Shown here: positions 8,340 through 16,903 of the stretch, piece after piece
Numbering within the stretch: position 1 is the stretch's first letter
Layout of the letters: each line of letters begins with the position of its first letter
IMG/VR virus record: IMGVR_UViG_3300025122_000013
Coordinates: 138 to 64,137 of that record
Source: a virus
Taxonomy: Duplodnaviria; Caudoviricetes
Length of the DNA stretch: 64,000 nucleotides
Strand: one strand, 5' to 3'
The notes under the pieces: model-generated
Databases searched by the model: none
Told to the model about the DNA's origin: nothing
The model's input: only the letters and a program-made list of their open reading frames with translations
Translations under genes and position numbers: made by a program

Positions 8340-9542
8340 TTAACAAATATTTTCTATTGTTACAGGAAAATTTTTATTTAATTTTGGCACAGGAATACCA
8401 TCCTTGATAATATCTGCTATTTTATCTACACCTGACTCAACATCTAAAATTATAGCATCATGTATAACAAATACCGGAATAGCACTTATACCTTCTTCAT
8501 CAATTCTATTAATTAGCCACTTGAATGACTGGAGTGAGACATCCACACCTGTCGACTGTAAATAGTGGTTCACAAATGCGTCTCCTGATTTTATCCTTCT
8601 TCCATAAAAATTTTCAATAAATCCACTTCTCTTATACTGATCTTTAAGTCTAGATTCTAAAAATGGAATGTCGAAATATGCTTTAACATCTGACAGCACA
8701 TTTTGTGCGTCGATTGTATCAGGTAGTCTTTTAGATAGTGCCCATGCTGACATACCGTATAGACAGCTAATTGTAGCTATCTTTGCTTGATTTCTTGTTA
8801 CCTCTCCCATAAGAACGTTGTCTCTAACCCAGCTATATATGTCATATGGTATCTCACTTTCAGACACAGAGAGAGCTATTCTGGGTTCAAGAGAAACTAT
8901 ATCTATTTGAATTAGTCTTCCCCCGGGATATCTTGACTTAAAGATACTACGATTGCTTCTCTTTAGCGTAAGAATATTTGGCCCACTTTTTATTGTTAGC
9001 CTTCCCGTTATTGATCCAGATTGACAATAGTTTACCGTAGGAGAAAACCCGTCATCAGAATAAAATTTTTGAAGTTCAGACTTATTTGAAATTAACTTAT
9101 CCTTCATTAAATTTTGAATAATATCCTTATCTATAGCAGATCGTTTGAGTCTCAATAGAAGCTCTCTGTTGCTTACAAACTCATTCATATAGTAACCATC
9201 GATCTCATCTCTAGTGATCATCCAGAGCTGATCTAGAGCATCTAGCAGATATCTTTTAAACTGATCTGACGGTATCACATCCACCCATGGTATTCCGATC
9301 ATATCTTCTTTGTTGTTTTTTAATATTTCTCTCCACACTGATCCATGAGGAGTTTTTAAAAAATCAAATACATCGGCACCAATCGCCTCAGATATAGATC
9401 TAAGATCTCTTATAGCCGGAATATCATCAAGAATCCATGCATCATCTGGAATATTTGAGACCCACTGAAACCTCTCGCGCTCATCGCTATTAACAAGATG
9501 TTTTTGTGTGCCAAGTATTCTAGATGAAATTGCTATCTTCAC
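8340..9542 (-). CDS. polA: Compact family A DNA polymerase (polymerase domain only)
   Basis: SITGRL..SGPN, motif A QIDIVSLEPRI, motif B RNQAKIATISCLYGMS, NHYLQSTG and motif C IHDAIILD. No recognisable exonuclease motifs. Confidence 0.82.
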   Translation of the reverse strand: MKIAISSRILGTQKHLVNSDERERFQWVSNIPDDAWILDDIPAIRDLRSISEAIGADVFDFLKTPHGSVWREILKNNKEDMIGIPWVDVIPSDQFKRYLLDALDQLWMITRDEIDGYYMNEFVSNRELLLRLKRSAIDKDIIQNLMKDKLISNKSELQKFYSDDGFSPTVNYCQSGSITGRLTIKSGPNILTLKRSNRSIFKSRYPGGRLIQIDIVSLEPRIALSVSESEIPYDIYSWVRDNVLMGEVTRNQAKIATISCLYGMSAWALSKRLPDTIDAQNVLSDVKAYFDIPFLESRLKDQYKRSGFIENFYGRRIKSGDAFVNHYLQSTGVDVSLQSFKWLINRIDEEGISAIPVFVIHDAIILDVESGVDKIADIIKDGIPVPKLNKNFPVTIENIC

Positions 9543-9547
9543 ATGTT

Positions 9548-9577
9548 ATTTTATACCACACTCTGCTAGATTTTCAA
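9548..9577 (-). promoter_or_regulatory. sigma70-like promoter for polA
   Basis: TTGAAA-N18-TAAAAT immediately upstream of the GTG start. Confidence 0.45.
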
Positions 9578-12500
9578 CTAAGATGCATCAGATTCATTCT
9601 TTATTTCACCTAGCTTTGAAAGGCTGGCTGCAAGTATTGATCTAAAGCTATTCATAGTTCCATTTGAACAGAAAGCCATACCAATATTTGTTGTAAATCT
9701 TCCTGCACTAATTGTGTGAGTTATCTTATTTACAGTGTACATATTATCTGCTGTTGTTCCAGTTCCTACATCGACAAAAAATTGCTGACCGTATTCTAGT
9801 AACGGGCATCCAAACATTTCAATATTAACTGAAGCAGGTATGACCTGTACATCCTCAAAAGGCTGCTGTGCTCCCTCTGCGACCTGTGGATCATTACTGT
9901 GACCTCTAGCGTTTAATATAAAGACATCAGAAGCCGGACCCGATGTAGTCGAGCTAAGAGAAAGATTTGTAATTGCAGAAAACTGGCTTCCAAATGTGAA
10001 ACTGGGAACAGATGACTTTATCATTTTCTTTATGTCTGTGCTTGATAAATTTGTAGTTATCACATCCCATTCTGCTGTGCTTGTTGTTGCAGCAGGGGAT
10101 GCGACATCTGTGTTTGTTGACTCTCCGCCCTCTGCACCTGTGGGTGCTGGAGCTGCAGGGACGTCTGACTCTGATGTTGAGGATGATGCTGCCTCAGAGT
10201 TTGCTGAACTTGATGCATTTTTAAGTGATATGGCTATATCTCCATCAGACATAGCTGATAACAAAAATAGCTCATGTGTGTGAGGAGTCGCTGCTGCATC
10301 AAATACGTGCACCCTAAGAATGACCTTTGATGGATCCGCATATACAGAAGGATATGTCGGATTTGTCTCCTCCACGGTCATTGCAGGAAGAGTTTCAAAA
10401 TAAACTCTCACGTCTGGAAGATCGAACCTGGGCTGCCCACCACCTGATGCTCCATATGTTGTTCTAAGAAACTCATCTATCTCATCTTGAATAGCTTTTA
10501 CAGCATTTTGCTTCTCCTTCTTGTCATCAGTTGTCTCAGCATCTGCGCCCTGAGCAGCAGTTAGCTGTCTATATTTTCCTGCTAGGTCGAATCCAAAATT
10601 ATAATCAGACGGATTATTTGTGAAATTTTTATTTATAAAACCAATAAATCCTTGAACTGACATCGCTGGATTAGATTTTATATATTTGTCTAGTAGTAAA
10701 AATAATTCATCATGATACACCTCAAAGCTAGCTATGGAGGGTAGCGTTCTTGCCTCTGCTGAATTATTATTAAATCTATAAAACATCATCTGAACTTCAT
10801 CAAACTTTCCTGAGCAAGCTAATGGGTAACCCACGAAGCTCAAGAATATATTTCCTAGAGATGTAAAGTTATCAGTCACGACGCCGGCTTTTATTGCCTT
10901 TTGTATGCAAAGCGGGTGATTCTCCATTTTAAATGGATCTGGTGTGGCAGGATTGCGAAGTCCAGTTAGTTTTGCCCTAACCTCATGTGCAAGCGACTCG
11001 TGACTTTCACTCTCCAGACCAGATATACCATCTTCTCCAACTAGTAGCTTTATCTCTTCTTCTAGCTCTGCAACTCCAGGCTCTGTATCTGTGTGCTTAA
11101 GAAGCGCAATAAATCTATCATATACTGATCTTGGAACAACAGTTGAGTTTCTTGCAACTGTGCTCATAGATACTGGCACCTTTTGAAGAATATCTCTTGA
11201 CTGATGATCTTTTGCTCTACTTTTCTCTGCTGCAAGTCTCTTGGCCAGGTATGGAATTATCATACCCTTTAAAGGTGCTAGAGGCATAACATTTCCTATA
11301 CCAATGGGAATAGTTCTTATATCTTGTGATCCTCTCGATGCTAGCTTAATAGTAATCTTTACCTGTCCGTCATTTTGAACATTAAAGTTTGTTGCAACTA
11401 TATTGAATGCAGCTGTGCTTCTCATTGAATTTAAAAGAGCACCAAATACATTACTATCAGCATCGCTTCCTTGTGGGTGAATCCACCCATATTCAACTAT
11501 GATAAATGTAGATGAAAATAAATCCATCGATATCAATGGTGCTATGTCTGCCATCCTGGATCTGTCATGTAACGTAAATGATAGTGTTCCTGTTTTATTT
11601 GCTAGTAGGTGCTGACCAACACCAGCTACATCGACCTTTAGTTGATCTAGCGTGGCAAGAGGCACCATTGGGTCCCTAACACGACCTGCTAGCCCACCAA
11701 AATCTTCACCTGGTTTATTCATATTGGCATTCACCATCATCTGGGGAGATGTAAAAAGCTCCATTCCAGCAGAAGAAACAGAGGTGCCATATGTTGTTCC
11801 TGTCTCAGATGTTGCTGTAGTTAGAGCTGATGGATCTGAAAGTAGATATCCTTGTATATTTGTGGGAAGAGCATCACTCAATCCTATATTGTCCATGCCT
11901 TCCTGATCCATTCCTAAAAACCTTAAGATAGATAATTGCTTGGTTCTTTCACCTACAATTGGAGGAACCTCAGATACAAATTTTATATCAATGTGAGGAA
12001 CACATCTTGACATCTCAAGTGTGGGTATAGAATTGCAAAACAAGGCGACGGCATCTGTATTTCTTGTTGGAGGCCCTACCCTAAGATTTGGAAATACAAA
12101 TGCTGATAATGATGGAGATCCATCTGCTCCTGTTCTGTCTGGATTTGCAGCTACATTAACCTTAGAATCTAGCAGTGACTGAGTGGGCCTCCACATTCCG
12201 TCGCCGTCAGTGCTATATGACCCAGGTCTTGTTATTTCATTTATGTCATATGAAGAAAGCAGACCGGCAGACTGTAATTCTCCTGGAGCTGTGTGAGTCC
12301 ATCCTGAATCCTCATTATATACAGCTGAAGATTCTCCACTAACGTGGCCCGGTGTATATACCACCCTTACATACTTATCAATTCCGTCATACTGATTTCC
12401 TCCTGCATCAACAGAGGTATTAACATCGAACTTAGACCTTAAGTACTTTGTATTCAGGATGTCTTTTGTAAAAAAAGCTCCCTCTGTGTTATCCATCAAT

Positions 12501-12715
12501 ATATACATAAGGTCCTTTATAACCTGCACATCTAAATCACCCGTGGGTGATGAATCTCCCCCACCAAGATCTGCAGATGATAAGGACATTAAAGCATCCT
12601 CACTTCCCTGTGTTCCCTCTATCATCATAGATATCACATCTGATCTACCAAGCATGCTAAAATACTGGCCCAGATTTTTTACAGCAGCTGATAGATTATT
12701 TACAGAATTTGACAT
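9578..12715 (-). CDS. Baseplate hub protein (gp27/gpD-like), large
   Basis: IIVEYGW motif and C-terminal VNIEMFGCPLLEYGQQFFV...MYTVNKITHTISAGRFTT typical of hub proteins. Follows the LysM gene. Confidence 0.65.
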   Translation of the reverse strand: MSNSVNNLSAAVKNLGQYFSMLGRSDVISMMIEGTQGSEDALMSLSSADLGGGDSSPTGDLDVQVIKDLMYILMDNTEGAFFTKDILNTKYLRSKFDVNTSVDAGGNQYDGIDKYVRVVYTPGHVSGESSAVYNEDSGWTHTAPGELQSAGLLSSYDINEITRPGSYSTDGDGMWRPTQSLLDSKVNVAANPDRTGADGSPSLSAFVFPNLRVGPPTRNTDAVALFCNSIPTLEMSRCVPHIDIKFVSEVPPIVGERTKQLSILRFLGMDQEGMDNIGLSDALPTNIQGYLLSDPSALTTATSETGTTYGTSVSSAGMELFTSPQMMVNANMNKPGEDFGGLAGRVRDPMVPLATLDQLKVDVAGVGQHLLANKTGTLSFTLHDRSRMADIAPLISMDLFSSTFIIVEYGWIHPQGSDADSNVFGALLNSMRSTAAFNIVATNFNVQNDGQVKITIKLASRGSQDIRTIPIGIGNVMPLAPLKGMIIPYLAKRLAAEKSRAKDHQSRDILQKVPVSMSTVARNSTVVPRSVYDRFIALLKHTDTEPGVAELEEEIKLLVGEDGISGLESESHESLAHEVRAKLTGLRNPATPDPFKMENHPLCIQKAIKAGVVTDNFTSLGNIFLSFVGYPLACSGKFDEVQMMFYRFNNNSAEARTLPSIASFEVYHDELFLLLDKYIKSNPAMSVQGFIGFINKNFTNNPSDYNFGFDLAGKYRQLTAAQGADAETTDDKKEKQNAVKAIQDEIDEFLRTTYGASGGGQPRFDLPDVRVYFETLPAMTVEETNPTYPSVYADPSKVILRVHVFDAAATPHTHELFLLSAMSDGDIAISLKNASSSANSEAASSSTSESDVPAAPAPTGAEGGESTNTDVASPAATTSTAEWDVITTNLSSTDIKKMIKSSVPSFTFGSQFSAITNLSLSSTTSGPASDVFILNARGHSNDPQVAEGAQQPFEDVQVIPASVNIEMFGCPLLEYGQQFFVDVGTGTTADNMYTVNKITHTISAGRFTTNIGMAFCSNGTMNSFRSILAASLSKLGEIKNESDAS

Positions 12716-12717
12716 TT

Positions 12718-13014
12718 TTATCTCACAAGACTAAAGATTGCACCCATATCACTTGGAATCCTAATTATTGTTCCTGGAGGTACCTGTAGCCCCCATCCTA
12801 TTCCACTAGCTGCCGCCAGAACCCACCAGAGAGAGGATGCCCCATATGCACCTCCAGCAATATGATCTAATCTCTGTGACTCCTTTAAGATCATAGTTGT
12901 ATACGGAATGGATCCATTATTAATTGCATAGTATATTCTAGAAGAGACTGATGGCGTTGCCAATGTTGACCTACCCAATATTCTAGGAGTATACTCGTAT
13001 CTACTAGTTGCCAT
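12718..13014 (-). CDS. LysM-like baseplate protein (gp53/gpX-like)
   Basis: RLDHIAGGAYGASSLWWVLAAASGI...VPPGTIIRIP. Confidence 0.8.
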   Translation of the reverse strand: MATSRYEYTPRILGRSTLATPSVSSRIYYAINNGSIPYTTMILKESQRLDHIAGGAYGASSLWWVLAAASGIGWGLQVPPGTIIRIPSDMGAIFSLVR

Positions 13015-13023
13015 TACCTATCC

Positions 13024-16000
13024 TCATTCATCATTAACCCATGTCTTAGGATCAGCATACTCATATGGAGATTCAGGATTATTAGATGCTGCGCCTGTGC
13101 CTCCGTGTCTCGTGTATGAGTCCTCTGATGCAGCACCATCGTCTGGGTAGGGATCGCCGGCAACATACCTCATTATCTCACCAACATTGTAGACTGGTGC
13201 CCTGTTGTACCCAGAGTGATCGAGGCCTGGGGGAAGATCGTGTATTGGTGTGAATGCTATGTCAACCTTGACACCCATAGGAGCTCTTGAATTCCAGTCA
13301 ATTTCCCAGTTAAAAGACTCATCAAGCCAGTCAAATTCTAGCCTTGTTAGGACACCAGCAAGTCCCCTTCCCGCTGTGCTTGCAAATGCCTTTGTAATCG
13401 GATTGTTATTCTCATCCATGAATCTGGCAGAATCTGACATCCATATGTTTAGTTGGTCTGTAGGAATACCAGATGCAGTTGCTCCTTCGTCTACTAGGGC
13501 TTGTGCGGTTCCCTTCCCTAAAGCCTCACCTGATATTGTTGGCATGACTGTTGAATTAAACAAAAGATTAGGATCAGGAAGAAGATCACTGTGATCAACC
13601 ATAAATAGCTTTGCCATTAAATGAATGGGAGCTCCAAGATCTATCACAGTTACAGCATACGACGTCTTCTGTGTTGGGTTTCCCCTTCTCTTTGGTCCTT
13701 TGAATGTTGGAGATGAATGTGCTGCGCTCTTTCCTTCTAGTGCCACAGATGATCTAAATATCACCATGGCTTTTAGTGGTCTAGTAACCCTATACTCTGA
13801 GCTATTATCTGGATGCTGTACAACATTTCCACCATCAAGTGAGGCAACCTTATATAATTTTCCAGTTGTCGCCTTAAGATAGACTATCTCTGAGGGTTTA
13901 TATCCCGTGAGCCAGTCCAGTGGTAGTCCTGTTCCAGCTGTACCTGCTGATAATACAGACGTTCCAGTTGCCAATGCACCTGCAACCGTGGGAGATAGCG
14001 GAATGATGTTTGTAGACCTATCTGGATCCTGCATCCTAGAGACTATTGCACTTATACCTAGCGGATTTGCAAATCCATTAACAAGAAGCTGAGATAGTAA
14101 TGCCCTAGCAATTCTTGTATTATTGGGTCCGTCTCCTAGCAATGTCAGCGGCGACGAAAATAATGCACTAAAAGCCTTTGTTCCAAATGGCTCAGCTCGG
14201 AGCTTTGACTTAACAGCTATTGCAACTGGAACAGGGGGTGTCGCGCTTACAGCGGCATCCTCTCCCTGAACTACAGGCATCACATCTTCATCTCCTATAC
14301 CAAACATCCGCGCTAGGTTAAACTTAGAATAATTTCCCTTTATAACATCTCCAACTCTCATGCGTATTACTGGAGACGCTCCAAGAATCTGACTAAACGG
14401 CTGGGTGAATACAGATTCCGTAGCATCTGATCCAACAGTTACCTTAGTTCCCTTTGTCCAGGATGGATACACTAGTGTTGTAAGCTTGTTGATCTTCCAC
14501 CACATCTCATTAAAGTCATCTTTTGATGTCGCAACTACATAAAAAGACAGTGCAATACTTCGAGTTGTATTCTTATATACCTGAACCTCATCCAACCGAC
14601 CGTATCCTGATGTTCTAACATATGATGGAGTGAAGCTGTCTGTTAGTCTTGTCAGAAATGCGTGGAATGAGACTATCTCATTTGTTCTAAGATCATGAAA
14701 ATAGAATGGAACATACTCTGCATCTAGTGTATTTTCCATCCTCTCTACTATTTCTCCTGGAATTCTAGCATTAGGCCCTTCAGCAGAAGCATCTATGTAT
14801 GTTTTCTTTATCAAGTTAGATCCCATCATCCCCTTTAGCGGATTAGTCCCATTAACTAATGTTCCCATATCCTCTGCTGCCCTCATCACATTTCTTGGAA
14901 TCATGTATAGCGCAGGTGTAGAGCTAGTCCTCCATGCTAATGACAAAGATGTAAGACCGTCCTGTGTTCTACTCTTGGATATTCTAGTTCCTGGGCCGTC
15001 TGCAAGAGAATCTATATTCCACGGACCGACTGAATGATTTGAGTTTATTCCGGGCATTCCGCCATTCATCTTTAGTGATACATCTCCTATTGTTGCTGCA
15101 ACATTAAGAATATTAAGAATGCCTGACATAGAGATTGAATTAAGTATGTTTGATAGTGAACTTGATGATGATGACGTGACACTTCCATTCATTATGTCAC
15201 TATTTACTGTGGCAAAATATTCAAAGCTTCTTAAGACACTTCTTGCAACTGCTAGCCAAAATCCTGGTGCCTCCTGCACCTGCTGGTATTTTCCTATCTC
15301 GTCTGCCTGAGATGGATCTCCTCCAACAGACCCGTCGAATAAGACCAAAAATCCCTGATTTACAGCATCTGAATAAGGATACGTTGTGGGTGTTAAAACA
15401 GTATTTCTAATTAGCTCAAACTTTGCCTTAGTTGCTATTATTGTTGACTGACCTGCAAAGTATGGACCGTTTCCTAATCTAGCTCTCTTATTAACCATGT
15501 TGCTTATCTGACCAAATGTCTCCTGTGCAACAACAAGCATCGCAGCTATAGCAGCTGCTGCCTGTGCTATTAAGATATCTTGATTAAACTCAGATGAAAA
15601 CTGTGTGTCAGACGTGTTGGTTGTACCAAAAGAGTATGTATATTTTGTGCTTGATAGATCGTCCTGAGTTAAGAAGCTTCCCTTTCCAGCTCTTGTAGAC
15701 ATTCCAGTCTTTGGAAATTGAGGAGTGTTATACGCTGATCTAGCTCTAAATAGCTCTGGGTCTATTTGGCGCATGGGTGTGTTAGGGTTATCTAGATTGT
15801 CATCCTTATCAAAATCAAAGGTATCTGGGTTAGAGCTGTCGCCAGGTGTAACTGAACTGTCCCAGCCTGCCATCTTTAGTAAGAGAGATGAGCCCACATC
15901 CTTAAGATTATCATTGATCATCTTAATTGAATTTTTATCAAATTTTCCTATCTGTGACTGAGATGTTGACGTTCCTGCGTCATTATTTCCAGCATCAAAG

Positions 16001-16671
16001 CTAGTCGTATCTGTTGGAACTGGTGCGTATGCCTTAAAGTCTACATTTGAGGGACTGAATCTATTGTTATTGGTTATAAAGCTTTCAACAGCCTCTTGGG
16101 CTAGTGACTCAGGGGTGTATGAAGTTGAATCTACCTCTGTGATTCCACTTTGTGGAATGGCATCTTCTCCATCAATGCTGCTTAGAAGGGTATTTCCAGA
16201 TCGAAGCGGGCCCCCATTAACAACCTCTGTTCCGTCGTACTGCATCTTGGGACTCACCTTTCCAGTCTTATCAAGAATCTTATCAAGATCTTCACCAAAC
16301 ATACCACTATTTGAGTACGATGACATTACACTCCCAAGTGTGTCTCCCTGAGTTATAAAAGGCTTTGTTACGCCTGTATTTTCTGCTAGAACAATGCTGT
16401 CACCACGATTTCCTGAAGCTGCCTCTTTGTTTCCTCCTTCTACAGTAAATAAATTATCTGACATATCTACTATGAATTTTGCATAATCGCCTAGCAGTCC
16501 TATTGCCTCCACGTCAAGATCTACGAGAGGCTGTCCTGTTCCCGGATCTATTCCTAGATCATCTCCCACCTTTGCAAGACCGTCAAAATCTTCGTCCTCA
16601 ACTGTGTACGTTATCTTATCAGATGTCGCTCCAATTGATCTTAAAAAATCTTTTAATTTTTCTCTTGCCAT
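13024..16671 (-). CDS. Large baseplate/tail-tube initiator protein (gp48/gp54-like domain embedded)
   Basis: VSFHAFLTRLTDSF..YGRLDEVQVYKNTTRSIALSF..KINKLTTLVYP..SPVIRMRVGD and WEIDWNSRAPMGVKVDIAFTPIH. Lies between tape measure and LysM genes. Confidence 0.6.
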   Translation of the reverse strand: MAREKLKDFLRSIGATSDKITYTVEDEDFDGLAKVGDDLGIDPGTGQPLVDLDVEAIGLLGDYAKFIVDMSDNLFTVEGGNKEAASGNRGDSIVLAENTGVTKPFITQGDTLGSVMSSYSNSGMFGEDLDKILDKTGKVSPKMQYDGTEVVNGGPLRSGNTLLSSIDGEDAIPQSGITEVDSTSYTPESLAQEAVESFITNNNRFSPSNVDFKAYAPVPTDTTSFDAGNNDAGTSTSQSQIGKFDKNSIKMINDNLKDVGSSLLLKMAGWDSSVTPGDSSNPDTFDFDKDDNLDNPNTPMRQIDPELFRARSAYNTPQFPKTGMSTRAGKGSFLTQDDLSSTKYTYSFGTTNTSDTQFSSEFNQDILIAQAAAAIAAMLVVAQETFGQISNMVNKRARLGNGPYFAGQSTIIATKAKFELIRNTVLTPTTYPYSDAVNQGFLVLFDGSVGGDPSQADEIGKYQQVQEAPGFWLAVARSVLRSFEYFATVNSDIMNGSVTSSSSSSLSNILNSISMSGILNILNVAATIGDVSLKMNGGMPGINSNHSVGPWNIDSLADGPGTRISKSRTQDGLTSLSLAWRTSSTPALYMIPRNVMRAAEDMGTLVNGTNPLKGMMGSNLIKKTYIDASAEGPNARIPGEIVERMENTLDAEYVPFYFHDLRTNEIVSFHAFLTRLTDSFTPSYVRTSGYGRLDEVQVYKNTTRSIALSFYVVATSKDDFNEMWWKINKLTTLVYPSWTKGTKVTVGSDATESVFTQPFSQILGASPVIRMRVGDVIKGNYSKFNLARMFGIGDEDVMPVVQGEDAAVSATPPVPVAIAVKSKLRAEPFGTKAFSALFSSPLTLLGDGPNNTRIARALLSQLLVNGFANPLGISAIVSRMQDPDRSTNIIPLSPTVAGALATGTSVLSAGTAGTGLPLDWLTGYKPSEIVYLKATTGKLYKVASLDGGNVVQHPDNSSEYRVTRPLKAMVIFRSSVALEGKSAAHSSPTFKGPKRRGNPTQKTSYAVTVIDLGAPIHLMAKLFMVDHSDLLPDPNLLFNSTVMPTISGEALGKGTAQALVDEGATASGIPTDQLNIWMSDSARFMDENNNPITKAFASTAGRGLAGVLTRLEFDWLDESFNWEIDWNSRAPMGVKVDIAFTPIHDLPPGLDHSGYNRAPVYNVGEIMRYVAGDPYPDDGAASEDSYTRHGGTGAASNNPESPYEYADPKTWVNDE

Positions 16672-16892
16672 TCTTTTACACCCTCTTCAGACGTTAAGTG
16701 GTCAAGATTTTCTACCACGTTTTGAAATCCATCATCTGTTGATATTTTTTCACCAAAATCATTGATAAATCTCTCGTATCCCTCTAGTATTTTCATCATG
16801 TCATTCTCAAGCTTTTCACGATCTTCGTCGCTTAGCTTTTCAGCACAGCTTTTATACATTGGATTGTTCCTAACCTTATCTATTAATGACAT
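16653..16892 (-). CDS. Small hypothetical protein
   Basis: 79-aa ORF filling the gap, with AGGTGA SD; overlaps the next start. Confidence 0.6.
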   Translation of the reverse strand: MSLIDKVRNNPMYKSCAEKLSDEDREKLENDMMKILEGYERFINDFGEKISTDDGFQNVVENLDHLTSEEGVKEWQEKN

Positions 16893-16903
16893 AAATATCT
16901 CAC

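Noticed and set aside
7749-9542. Z-genome (2-aminoadenine) system suggested by an HD hydrolase plus PolA
   Set aside because: The HD protein is YhaM-like and degenerate rather than DatZ-like, and no purZ or mazZ is in the window.
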